Assembly (NCBI GenBank): GCA_036677065.1
Contig: JAKFBS010000002.1
Span: forward strand, 192,001-256,000
Direction: 5' to 3'
DNA from: Bdellovibrio sp.
GTDB lineage: Bacteria; Bdellovibrionota; Bdellovibrionia; Bdellovibrionales; Bdellovibrionaceae
DNA: 64,000 nt
Position numbers and translations under genes: made by a program
Notes under the pieces: generated by a model
What the model saw: only the letters and a program-made list of their open reading frames with translations
Databases searched by the model: none
What the model was told of the DNA's origin: nothing
Shown here: positions 39,199-48,879 of the stretch, in pieces
Layout: each line of letters opens with the position of its first letter
How positions within the stretch are numbered: position 1 is the first letter of the stretch

Positions 39199-39999
39199 TT
39201 AGTCTTTCAAGCGGTGGTTATTAAAAATACTTAAAGCCTTTTTGTAATCAGAACGGCTGTATTTTAAAATATCAGGAATATAGTTAAAGTAAAAACGAAG
39301 CGATGTTAAATTATTTTTCGTCATGCAACGGCCACGGTTACGCTGAAAAAGCTCGTAAGTGTAAAAACGATCTTTATGGCAAGTTTTACCGATCTTATGA
39401 CGAAACACCGTCGTGTCGTCATAACCTAAAGTGATTTTGTGCTGGTGCGCACGTAAACTGAAATCAACGTCTTCCCAGTAAGTGTGAAAACGTTCATCAA
39501 AGCCCTGAAGCTTAGCAAAAGCTTCTTGATTAATCCAAAATGCCGTTCCCGGAATATAAGTAATATCTTTGTGCTTATGGTCGGTTAAATTTTTAAGATG
39601 TTTTAATTTACCAGTACGGGGATTCAAAGCTCCCATCACTGAATCAACTTCTTCAGAATTGCGGCGAAGCAATTTGACCGAACTAAAATGTTTCGGTGCC
39701 GCCGAAGGCAGCGAAATAGCCTCTGTATCGTTAGTTAAAAACAAAACGTCAGAAAAATGCTTCAGCGTTTCTTTTAATGTCGCATTCGCGCCACCCGAGA
39801 AGCCTTTGTTTTCAGAAATATCGATGTGGCGGATGTCAGGAAATTCAGACTTTAGCTTAGCAACGTGTTTTTCTAAGCTTCCGTTGTGAGTCAAAAAAAC
39901 ATTTTCAGCAGCCACATGGAGCAAAACACTTTTGAGGCATTTTGCTGTGAGTTCAGGATGGTTGTAAGATAAAACCGAGACACCATAGGGCTTTTTCAT
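39199..39999 (-). CDS. Glycosyltransferase family 2
   Basis: SYN, NKGFSGGAN, FLTND, GFDERF..YWEDVDFS. Confidence 0.9.
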   Translation of the reverse strand: MKKPYGVSVLSYNHPELTAKCLKSVLLHVAAENVFLTHNGSLEKHVAKLKSEFPDIRHIDISENKGFSGGANATLKETLKHFSDVLFLTNDTEAISLPSAAPKHFSSVKLLRRNSEEVDSVMGALNPRTGKLKHLKNLTDHKHKDITYIPGTAFWINQEAFAKLQGFDERFHTYWEDVDFSLRAHQHKITLGYDDTTVFRHKIGKTCHKDRFYTYELFQRNRGRCMTKNNLTSLRFYFNYIPDILKYSRSDYKKALSIFNNHRLKD

Positions 40000-40066
40000 G
40001 AGCTTTTTTTAAACCTAAAGTAAAAAAGGTTCAAATAGAAGTTTTTAACATGTTAGGCTATTGCTG

Positions 40067-41371
40067 ATGAATAAGACATACACCTTGTTTTGGTTTAGAC
40101 GTGACCTGCGATTATTCGATAATGCAGCCTTATGGCATGCTTTAAAGCACGAATCTAACGTTTTACCTGTGTTTATATTCGATCAAGAGATCTTAAAGAA
40201 ATTGCCCGAAAACGACCTGCGCGTTCAATTTATTCATGAAACCGTAACAACCCTTAAAAAAGAGCTGCAAAAAAAGAAGTGCGATCTGATAGTCGAACAC
40301 GGTAGCCCCGTTGAAGTTTTTAAAAAGTTATTAGAAACCTATCAAGTTAAAGCCATTTACACAAATCACGATTACGAACCCTATGCCCGCACGCGCGACG
40401 AAAATATTGCTAAGCTTTGCACAAAAAATAAAACCGAATTTAAAACATTTAAAGATCAAGTCATCTTTGAAAAAAACGAAATCGTCACTGATCAAGAAAA
40501 TCCTTATACGGCGTACACCCCATATAAGAAAAAATGGCTTAAAGCGATGTCGCCGTTTTATTTAAAATCCTATCCGGTCGAAATTTACGAATCAAATTAC
40601 GCCAAAATAAAACCAACAAATATGGCAAGCCTTAAACAACTAGGCTTCAAAGAACAGAAATTTGTATTTCCAGAATCTTCAGTTACAGCCAGCATATTAA
40701 AAAACTATGCAAAAACCAGAGACCTTCCGGCATTAGATTCTGGAACCAGTCACTTAGGCTTGCATTTACGTTTCGGCACAGTGTCTGTGCGTGAACTGGC
40801 CCGTGAAGCAAAGAAATATTCAGAGGTATGGTTAAGTGAATTAATCTGGCGCGAATTTTTCATGCAAGTGCTATGGCATTTTCCACACGTCGAAAAACAA
40901 AGCTTCAGACCCCAGTATGATAAAGTTGCCTGGCGCACGAATAAATCAGAACTCGAGCGTTGGAAGAACGGCCAGACCGGTTACCCGATGGTCGATGCAG
41001 GCATGCGCGAATTAAATGCGACAGGGCATATGCATAACCGCGTGCGCATGGTGACTGCGTCGTTTTTAACAAAACATTTACTTCACTACTGGCTTGAAGG
41101 TGAGCGTTATTTTGCCGAAAAGTTATTAGATTTCGATTTAGCTGCAAATAACGGTAATTGGCAGTGGGCTGCAGGTACAGGCTGTGATGCGGCTCCATAT
41201 TTTAGGATTTTTAATCCTGAATCGCAGCTTGAACGTTTTGATCCAAAAATAGAATATATTAAAAAATGGATTCCAGAATTTGGAACTGCAGAATATGTAA
41301 AACCAATGGTTGAACACAAATTCGCACGTGAGCGCGCGCTCGCTGAATTTAAAAAAGGACTTGGAAAATGA
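40067..41371 (+). CDS. phrB: Class I CPD DNA photolyase
   Basis: WFRRDLRLFDN, LIWREF, GQTGYPMVDAGMREL, HNRVRM, NNGNWQW. Confidence 0.93.
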   Translation: MNKTYTLFWFRRDLRLFDNAALWHALKHESNVLPVFIFDQEILKKLPENDLRVQFIHETVTTLKKELQKKKCDLIVEHGSPVEVFKKLLETYQVKAIYTNHDYEPYARTRDENIAKLCTKNKTEFKTFKDQVIFEKNEIVTDQENPYTAYTPYKKKWLKAMSPFYLKSYPVEIYESNYAKIKPTNMASLKQLGFKEQKFVFPESSVTASILKNYAKTRDLPALDSGTSHLGLHLRFGTVSVRELAREAKKYSEVWLSELIWREFFMQVLWHFPHVEKQSFRPQYDKVAWRTNKSELERWKNGQTGYPMVDAGMRELNATGHMHNRVRMVTASFLTKHLLHYWLEGERYFAEKLLDFDLAANNGNWQWAAGTGCDAAPYFRIFNPESQLERFDPKIEYIKKWIPEFGTAEYVKPMVEHKFARERALAEFKKGLGK

Positions 41372-42720
41372 AAATATTAATGACGGGTGCCACAGGGCAT
41401 GTAGGAAATTTCGTCGGTCGAAAACTAGTTGAACTAGGTCATGAAGTTGTCGTTGTTAGCAGGTCTAAGAATAAAGCGCTTAATTATTTAGAATTTCCGG
41501 CAGAAATTATCGAACACGATTTAGTTGCAGATCCATTGCCTGAAAAAAAGTTACTGGGTATTGATGCCATAGTTCATCTTATGGGCGAAACCGTTGATGG
41601 CCGCTGGACAAAAAAGAAAAAAGAACAAATCCTAAATTCTAGAAAAATCAGCAGTGAACATTTAGTTAAACATTTACCCGCAAATATTAAAGTTATCGTT
41701 TCTGCTTCAGCGCAGGGTATTTACGGCGATCATAAGGCACATATGGTGACCGAGAACTCAAAACTGGGGAGCGATTTTTTAGCTGAAGTCTGCAAGGAAT
41801 GGGAAAAGCCTTTTGTATTTTTAAATGGTATTCGTACGGTGCAATTACGCATCGGCCTTGTGTTAGACCCACAATCTGGTGTGTTACGAAAAATGATCCC
41901 GCTATTTCAACGCGGCCTTGGCGGTACTCTTGGCAGTGGCCAACAATACATGAGCTGGATTGCGATTGAAGATTTAACTGAAGTGATTGTTCAAGCTCTA
42001 ACAAATGATAATTATAGCGGGGCTATTAATTGCGCCACAGATAACCCAGTCACAAACAGCGAGTGGACTAAACTTTTAGGTAAACAATTAAATGCGATGC
42101 GATCAGCACCGGTACCATCGTTTGCGTTACGAATCGCCGTCGGTGAAATGGCCTCGGCAGTGTTAGCTTCGATTAAGTTAGCACCGGCGAAGTTGTTAGC
42201 AAATAATTTTAAATTCAAATATCCAAATCTAAAAGACTATTTTGAAAAAGCGCTGGCGCCCTATAAAGGCGGGCAGTATTTCTATTCAGTGAAACAATTT
42301 GTACCCCGGGATATCGAAAATGTTTTTACCTTCTTTTCGCAAGCTGCAAACCTAGAACAAATCACGCCGCCATTTTTAAATTTTCAGGTGTCGCATATGT
42401 CGACAAAGACCATTCATAAAGGCACTTTAATCGATTACAAATTAAATCTAAAGGGTATTCCCATGAAATGGAAAACTTTGATTTCAGACTGGAATCCGCC
42501 CCATAGTTTTATCGACACCCAATTATCAGGGCCATACCGGTCATGGCATCACACGCACCGGTTTGAAAAATTAGGAAACGGAACTTTGTTAAGTGATGAA
42601 ATTCGTTATAAATTACCATTGGGGTTTTTAGGTCAGATGATGGCTTCTACCTTGGTCCAGAAAGATGTTGAAAAAATATTTAAATTTCGTCGTGAAGTGA
42701 TACACAAAATTAAATTCTAA
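41368..42720 (+). CDS. TIGR01777/YfcH-like NAD-dependent epimerase fused to an SRPBCC domain
   Basis: TGATGHVG, GSGQQYMSWI; C-terminal NLEQITPP, F.DTQ..GPY..WHHTH. Confidence 0.85.
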   Translation: MKILMTGATGHVGNFVGRKLVELGHEVVVVSRSKNKALNYLEFPAEIIEHDLVADPLPEKKLLGIDAIVHLMGETVDGRWTKKKKEQILNSRKISSEHLVKHLPANIKVIVSASAQGIYGDHKAHMVTENSKLGSDFLAEVCKEWEKPFVFLNGIRTVQLRIGLVLDPQSGVLRKMIPLFQRGLGGTLGSGQQYMSWIAIEDLTEVIVQALTNDNYSGAINCATDNPVTNSEWTKLLGKQLNAMRSAPVPSFALRIAVGEMASAVLASIKLAPAKLLANNFKFKYPNLKDYFEKALAPYKGGQYFYSVKQFVPRDIENVFTFFSQAANLEQITPPFLNFQVSHMSTKTIHKGTLIDYKLNLKGIPMKWKTLISDWNPPHSFIDTQLSGPYRSWHHTHRFEKLGNGTLLSDEIRYKLPLGFLGQMMASTLVQKDVEKIFKFRREVIHKIKF

Positions 42721-42756
42721 TTGCAGAATCTTGTTAATCCCGCCGACAATATAGGT

Positions 42757-43149
42757 ATGGTGTTTGCCGAGATTCCCTACAAGGCTCGTATCGAGCTAAA
42801 AGATAATGTAATAACCGTCAGAGGTTCAAAGCTTCTGTTGGATAAAGTTGCGCAAATGAAAGCGCAGTACGGCAATGACCCGCATAAATGGCCACAACAA
42901 CGTGTTGGATCGGGTGAAGACATTTTAATTAATGAATTTATCATGAAGGCTAATTTTGAATTTAAATTCTGTTATACTCACGAAGAGTTATGTCACTGCA
43001 GAAATGTCGAAACTGAAAAAGTTTTTGGGGCGATCAAAAATGGTTGTTTTAAAACTGAAGACGTATCGCGTACTACCTTGGCAGGAACCGGTTGTGGTTC
43101 ATGCCGCCAAGACATCACAAATCTAATCGAGCAATTTAAGAAGTCTTAA
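42757..43149 (+). CDS. BFD-like [2Fe-2S]-binding protein
   Basis: LCHCRNV...AGTGCGSC. Confidence 0.8.
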   Translation: MVFAEIPYKARIELKDNVITVRGSKLLLDKVAQMKAQYGNDPHKWPQQRVGSGEDILINEFIMKANFEFKFCYTHEELCHCRNVETEKVFGAIKNGCFKTEDVSRTTLAGTGCGSCRQDITNLIEQFKKS

Positions 43150-44097
43150 TTCAGTGTGAATTTTGGCTTCAATCGTTGAAAAACCATCAGCCTTAATCCA
43201 GGTGCCTGATGAGCTTTTGTGTCCGCCGCCGCCCAAACGCGAAGCTACCGTGTAAGCATAATCATTTAAAGCCGATCTAAAACTGACTTTGTATTCATTA
43301 TCACTGGCTTGTCTGATGAAGTAGGCAAACTTCACCATAGGCATAAGAGTAAACATATCAACGATATCATTTACATCATCGCCTTCTAATTTATATTTTT
43401 CTAATTGTTTAAGACTTACCGTAAGGCCAACAACTTTGTTGTTGGAAAAATATTTTGCCGAATGAATCAGCTCAGCTAAAAATAACATTTTATCAGGGGT
43501 CCAATGCGCAAATAGCGCACGTTGAATACCTTCGGTGTTAATTTTATAACCGGCAAGTTCGCCAGCAATATAATGAGAGCGTGAAGAATTTTTAACTAAT
43601 TTAAAAGCTTGGGTGTCGAAAGTTAAACTTGAATAAAGAGCCGAAGCGATAAAATCATTCAGCGGCACTTTTAGGGTTTTAATCACATCAAACACGATTT
43701 CACCCGTCGAGGCCGCATCAAGATTCATAATGCGAAAAACAAGCGGGTGGGGTTTGGCATTTTCGACGTGATGGTCGATAAATAAAACTTTGCAATTTTG
43801 ATCTAAGCAGTTTTGATAAAGTGGGTTGCAAAGCTCGCCATGGTTGGTATCTAGAATAATCAGTAAATCCGGAGTCATTTCGTCAGGATTTGCGCAGATG
43901 TCCACATTTTCTAGCATGTACGAGTAGCGTTTTGGGACTTCGTCGACAGGAACAAACCAAACTTGCTTGTTCAAGTTTTTAAGAGCTCCGTATAAGGCTG
44001 CAAGACTACCGATGCCGTCGCCATCAGAATTTCTATGAGTTGAGAGGAGGATTTTGTTGGCTTTAAGGATAACTTCAATTTGCGAATCAATAGACAT
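43123..44097 (-). CDS. nrnA: DHH-family oligoribonuclease/pAp phosphatase
   Basis: H.NSDGD, IDHH, DT..F, SFRS, GGGGH. Confidence 0.85.
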   Translation of the reverse strand: MSIDSQIEVILKANKILLSTHRNSDGDGIGSLAALYGALKNLNKQVWFVPVDEVPKRYSYMLENVDICANPDEMTPDLLIILDTNHGELCNPLYQNCLDQNCKVLFIDHHVENAKPHPLVFRIMNLDAASTGEIVFDVIKTLKVPLNDFIASALYSSLTFDTQAFKLVKNSSRSHYIAGELAGYKINTEGIQRALFAHWTPDKMLFLAELIHSAKYFSNNKVVGLTVSLKQLEKYKLEGDDVNDIVDMFTLMPMVKFAYFIRQASDNEYKVSFRSALNDYAYTVASRLGGGGHKSSSGTWIKADGFSTIEAKIHTELRLLKLLD

Positions 44098-44200
44098 AGG
44101 CTATATCCTAATATGACGCAACGTAGCCTGTCCCCTGTAGTTTGTTAAACCCAAACATTTTTGGTATAAAATAAGACTTTTGAATAGGGATCTATAAAAT

Positions 44201-44680
44201 ATGGCATCAGACGTACTACCAATGACCGCTCGTGGAAAACAATTGCTTGAAGCTGAGCTTAAAAGATTAATCTTTGAAGAGCGTCCAGCTGTGATTAAAG
44301 CCATCGAAGAAGCTCGTGCTCATGGCGATATTTCTGAGAATGCTGAATATGAATCTGCAAAAGAGCGCCAAGGTATGATTGAAGGTCGCATTGGCGACAT
44401 TCAAGGCAAAATTGCCGGTGCAGATGTTATTGATCCAGCGACGATTAAATCAGACCGTGTGGTTTTCGGAGCTACTGTTGTGATCGTTGATCAAGAAACA
44501 GAAGAAGAGCACACCTATCAAATCGTAGGTCCTGATGAAGCTGATGTTAAAAAAGGCATGATCTCGGTCATGTCTCCGATTGCGCGCGGTATGATCGGTA
44601 AAAAAACTGGTGATGCATTTACAGTGCAAAGTCCTAAAGGCGATAAAGATTACGAAATTGTTTCTTTTAAATTCGTCTAA
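44201..44680 (+). CDS. greA: Transcription elongation factor GreA
   Basis: ARAHGDISENAEY, YQIVGPDEAD, SPIARG. Confidence 0.96.
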   Translation: MASDVLPMTARGKQLLEAELKRLIFEERPAVIKAIEEARAHGDISENAEYESAKERQGMIEGRIGDIQGKIAGADVIDPATIKSDRVVFGATVVIVDQETEEEHTYQIVGPDEADVKKGMISVMSPIARGMIGKKTGDAFTVQSPKGDKDYEIVSFKFV

Positions 44681-44699
44681 TTAAGTTCACAATTAAAAC

Positions 44700-46658
44700 A
44701 TGAAAAGAGCGGTCGTTGATCAAGCCGGTTTAAGAGTCGTAATGACAGGATTAATCCTGTCATTATTTATCGGGCTTATTTTTAAATCGCAAATCAGATC
44801 CAGTGTAGTTAAAGCCCGCTTACAACAAGCCATCGTAAGACTGCAAAAAGATATAAATATTGATTTTGAATCAGTCGAAGTTCGCCTGAGCGAATGGGGA
44901 ATTCCGCGTCCAGTGATTGAAATTCGCGGTGTTCGCATTAGTCCACTCAAAGCCAACTGCCAAGAAAACCAAATTTACATCGATGCTTTAAGTTTTCCGT
45001 TAAGTTTTAATCTCTTGTTTTCAAAAGAAAAGGTGATTTCAACCGTACGCGTGTCGCTTTTAGAAGTGCGCACGAAAAATACGCGTCAGTGTTTTGCAAA
45101 AAATAATAACGAAGATGCCATCGCTAATCGCGTAGTTATGTCGGCCGTTTCGCAAAGTGCACCCGTTGTTGTTAATACAGAAGAAAAACGCAATGCGGCC
45201 GTTGAAAAGCTAAGAAATTTCAAATCACATTTAAATGAAATAAAAATTGATCGCTTGCGTGTGATCGCGATTGATAAAATGAACACCGCTGTTGATTTTA
45301 ATGCTGTTCAGGTGTTGTTTAAGTATGAAAATGAAAAACTAAATGAACTTTCTATTCAATCGCAGTTATCGGCTTTTAAAGAGGCTGAAAAAAGTTATTA
45401 TCTGTTTAAATCAGACTTAAAATTTAACATAAAACTTGAAGATAAGCCTTCGATCAATGCCGAACTAAAAGGGCTTATTGTCGATCGCCCGTTTCATTTA
45501 AAACTTAAAAACGATTTACAAAAAAATAGCCTGCAGTTTTTAGGTGAATTAGGCGGAATCTCTTTAAAGGCGATTAATTACATCGTTAAAGCTGAACGGC
45601 CACAGGCTGAAGTTTTTGATTTCTTAAGCGGATCGTCAATGACGGGCTACATGACTGGTGAATACTTTATTGATAATCGACATTATGAAATTAATTTTAA
45701 AGATATTAAAATCTTAGTTGGTGGCGGTGTGGCCGAGATTAATGATATTTATGTCTTAGGTAAAATGGATGAAAAAGCACAGATCAGGCCTTTCGATGTG
45801 CAATTATCGCATATTGAGCTTACTAAAATATTATCACATTCAACTTTTGATAATATCAGACCCAGTATTCAAAATGCGGGTTATATTTCAGGCCTAATTC
45901 AGTTTACTCATGCAAATCAGTTTAAAGTCAAATCACTGATCGAAAAAACAAGTTTCGTGTTTTCAAATAAAGGCGAGCGGGTTCCACAGGTTTTTGACAG
46001 CTTTAATTTGCACGCCAGTGTTGACCCGCAAAAAATCACATTAAACATTAATGATTTTATTCTGGATACAAACAAAATTCATGGCTTTTTAAAATACAGC
46101 CATCAAACAACTAGTGGCGATAAAAGCCTATCTGTAGATTTAGAAGGGCGTTTGTTAAAGCCTGATACGGTTAAGTTATTTACAGGTCGTGCTGGCGAGC
46201 CAGAGATCAGATTGTTATTTACCACAGATTTAAAGAATCAATTAAAAGGTACTGCCAGTATTGATAAAATCAGTATTCAACAGTTTGATGTGACGAAGTT
46301 AAATCTTGAGTATGATAAAAATCTTTTATTAAAAAGTGAATTTTACAATGTAAGAACGGGTAGTTTAACAGTTGCCGTGTCTGAGAATTCACAAACAAGT
46401 CATTTAAATGTGCTGTTCGATCAAATATTACCAAAACCTTCAGTAAGTTTTGCGCAAAGCAGGCTGACAATTCAAAAAGATGGTTTAGGTAAATTAAGCT
46501 TTAATCTTAAAAGTGAACAAAAAGGTAAAACCGATTTGAATGTTACCGGCGAATATGTGCCTCACATGAGTAATATGACAGCTAAGGGTAATTTTAAAGG
46601 GCAAAACTTCACCCTTTCTGGCGCTTTAGATAAGTTAGTGGCGACTCCGCTTAAATGA
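44700..46658 (+). CDS. N-terminally anchored beta-rich hypothetical protein (possibly AsmA-like)
   Basis: One N-terminal TM segment followed by a long alternating beta-strand pattern. Confidence 0.5.
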   Translation: MKRAVVDQAGLRVVMTGLILSLFIGLIFKSQIRSSVVKARLQQAIVRLQKDINIDFESVEVRLSEWGIPRPVIEIRGVRISPLKANCQENQIYIDALSFPLSFNLLFSKEKVISTVRVSLLEVRTKNTRQCFAKNNNEDAIANRVVMSAVSQSAPVVVNTEEKRNAAVEKLRNFKSHLNEIKIDRLRVIAIDKMNTAVDFNAVQVLFKYENEKLNELSIQSQLSAFKEAEKSYYLFKSDLKFNIKLEDKPSINAELKGLIVDRPFHLKLKNDLQKNSLQFLGELGGISLKAINYIVKAERPQAEVFDFLSGSSMTGYMTGEYFIDNRHYEINFKDIKILVGGGVAEINDIYVLGKMDEKAQIRPFDVQLSHIELTKILSHSTFDNIRPSIQNAGYISGLIQFTHANQFKVKSLIEKTSFVFSNKGERVPQVFDSFNLHASVDPQKITLNINDFILDTNKIHGFLKYSHQTTSGDKSLSVDLEGRLLKPDTVKLFTGRAGEPEIRLLFTTDLKNQLKGTASIDKISIQQFDVTKLNLEYDKNLLLKSEFYNVRTGSLTVAVSENSQTSHLNVLFDQILPKPSVSFAQSRLTIQKDGLGKLSFNLKSEQKGKTDLNVTGEYVPHMSNMTAKGNFKGQNFTLSGALDKLVATPLK

Positions 46659-47404
46659 AAATTTTAAAATATTTTTACTCGCTAAATTCAGAATCATTCA
46701 AACCACCAAGACTTCAGTGTCACCGTGGCTACTGGGTCGATGGGTTAACGCAAAACTCGCTGGCGTCATTGCAGCGGGCTTATGAACTTGGTTACAAGAT
46801 GTCTGAGTTCGATATTCGCATGACCAAAGATTCAGAAGTCATATTATTTCATGATGATTTTATTGGCTCTAAAAAAGTTTCTGATATGACCTTTAAAGAG
46901 GTAAATAAAGATCATAAAGTGGATTTGTTTGAAGAAGCGCTTAAGTGGTTTTCGACTTTAGAAAAAGACAGTTATTATTTAAATATTGAAATTAAATCAA
47001 AATTTGTACGTAACCGTCGTTTAGAGAGAAAAGTTTTAGATTTAATTTTAAAATACAAAGTGCAAGATCGCGTGTTGATTTCTAGTTTCAACCCATTCAG
47101 TTTGTATTTTTTCAGAAGAAATTATCCTTCAATTTTGCGCGCGCTTCTTTTAACTTACAATAATGAGAACGGTAATAATTTTGTCGTAAAAAGTCAGGTT
47201 TTGAATGTGCTGGCGCACCCGCATTTTTTGCATTTAGACGAAAAACACTGGTCACATAAGCGCTATAAAGCTTTGTTGAAATTAGGGATTCCTGTGGTTC
47301 TATGGACCTGCAATGATCTGGAAAAGGTCAAAAAATACTTCTCGCAAGGGGTGTATGGTGTCATTAGTGATGACCTGAAACCAGCTGATATCGATAAAAT
47401 ATAA
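46655..47404 (+). CDS. Glycerophosphodiester phosphodiesterase family protein
   Basis: HRG, QNSLAS, EFDIRMTKD, FHD, NIEIK, ISSF, VISD. Confidence 0.88.
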   Translation: MKILKYFYSLNSESFKPPRLQCHRGYWVDGLTQNSLASLQRAYELGYKMSEFDIRMTKDSEVILFHDDFIGSKKVSDMTFKEVNKDHKVDLFEEALKWFSTLEKDSYYLNIEIKSKFVRNRRLERKVLDLILKYKVQDRVLISSFNPFSLYFFRRNYPSILRALLLTYNNENGNNFVVKSQVLNVLAHPHFLHLDEKHWSHKRYKALLKLGIPVVLWTCNDLEKVKKYFSQGVYGVISDDLKPADIDKI

Positions 47405-47453
47405 AAGTGTTTCAAACTGAAACGCTCTAGAGTTTTTACCCCACCCAAAGTCT

Positions 47454-47480
47454 TAATTATTTACGCGATTTAGCCGATAA
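47454..47480 (+). promoter_or_regulatory. Sigma28 (FliA)-type promoter
   Basis: TAAT-N15-GCCGATAA: exact -10, one mismatch to the TAAA -35, 23 nt before ATG 47504. Confidence 0.7.
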
Positions 47481-47503
47481 GAGTTACGGGGGAACTTATC
47501 GAA

Positions 47504-48871
47504 ATGGCTAAACCATCGCGCGCTGCTTTTATTAAATCAAATAAGGGGTTTACCTTAGTTGAGACTATGGTTTCGGTCGGCATTATGTCGGTCGTTCTGG
47601 CAGGGCTTGCTACGGCCATTGTTAGCACTGTTCGAGACGGCGAAGCTTCAGCCAAAGAATCAATGAATTCAATGGAAGACCTTCAGGTACAGACTGCACA
47701 GCAAGATTATCTGACTCGTGCCGCGCCTTCATATTATTTCATGCATGTTCCAATTCGTTCATTTTGTTCAGGTTCAGAAAAAGTTCCGTGCCTTCGTAAA
47801 ATTGACCCAGCAACGGGCACACTCACGGGAATCAGCGGTGGCAGTGGGATTCCGGCTACAATCGATTTTTACAAAGATGTTAGCGGCGAGATGAAAAAGA
47901 CGAAACTTTCGGGTATGTCAGCCTCTGGTGAAATTAATAGTTCGGTCCACATGATGTCGGGAGCAAACGTTGATATCAGTAAACTGACGACACAAAGTAA
48001 TAATTCTTATGTGTATGCAAGTTGGCCATTGTTTAATGAACAATCTGAAGCCTTGCCTATTTTGGTCCGCAAAAAAAATGCATCATACTTAACTCATATC
48101 AAGCAATTCGGTGCCTCTTATGAAAATACGGCTCCGGCTGGAATATCATTATTTAATGTGGCGTTGACTACGGATAAAGCCCAGATATTAGTTAAAGATT
48201 TAAAAGATTCTTTAGCTGTTGTTTATAATGTGAATCGTCCTACACAGTTTGTAATTCAAAAAATTACTCAAGCCTTAAACTGCCCCAAAGATAGTACGAC
48301 CATAAATTTCTGTAAAGTGACGGGTAAAAGTATTTCAGTTTCTGCAGCTACCGATGATTTAGTCGCTGTAGGTTTTGCGAATACGGTGGCCCTAAAACTA
48401 GAGAACGTTCAGATTTCTGGAACTTATGCAGCAAATGCGGCTGCTGGCTCAAGAACACATTTGGCTTCAGCTTATATTCCGACTTCAACATCAGTCAATA
48501 TTTCAGGTAACTGGTTTGCGAGCGGCGGTAGTGGTGATTATTTATTTCCGCGCAATTCATTTTCTTTGGCAGATGATCGCTCTGATTTTCAGGGAGATTT
48601 AGATTATTCTCCGGTCGATGTTAAACGTATTCAGCATTACTATAATATGAATAGCCACGAAGCGACCTTGGTCGTTCTGCCAGTGGATCTTGGTTATATT
48701 AAATTAAAACAAAGTGCACAGTTTCCTGATAAGTATGACCTTGTCGTGACGTCTTCAAGTCATGAAGAGGTTGTTTTAGTTCCATCAATTAAAGAAAAAA
48801 ATGATCCTAATTCTTATGTTTACGTTAACCGTAAATTAGGAACAGGGATGATAGAAGTATTTATTAAGTGA
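47504..48871 (+). CDS. Large prepilin-like protein (PilW/minor-pilin-like)
   Basis: Class III signal KG|FTLVETMVSVGIM with Glu+5. Confidence 0.8.
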   Translation: MAKPSRAAFIKSNKGFTLVETMVSVGIMSVVLAGLATAIVSTVRDGEASAKESMNSMEDLQVQTAQQDYLTRAAPSYYFMHVPIRSFCSGSEKVPCLRKIDPATGTLTGISGGSGIPATIDFYKDVSGEMKKTKLSGMSASGEINSSVHMMSGANVDISKLTTQSNNSYVYASWPLFNEQSEALPILVRKKNASYLTHIKQFGASYENTAPAGISLFNVALTTDKAQILVKDLKDSLAVVYNVNRPTQFVIQKITQALNCPKDSTTINFCKVTGKSISVSAATDDLVAVGFANTVALKLENVQISGTYAANAAAGSRTHLASAYIPTSTSVNISGNWFASGGSGDYLFPRNSFSLADDRSDFQGDLDYSPVDVKRIQHYYNMNSHEATLVVLPVDLGYIKLKQSAQFPDKYDLVVTSSSHEEVVLVPSIKEKNDPNSYVYVNRKLGTGMIEVFIK

Positions 48872-48879
48872 GGTATCTC

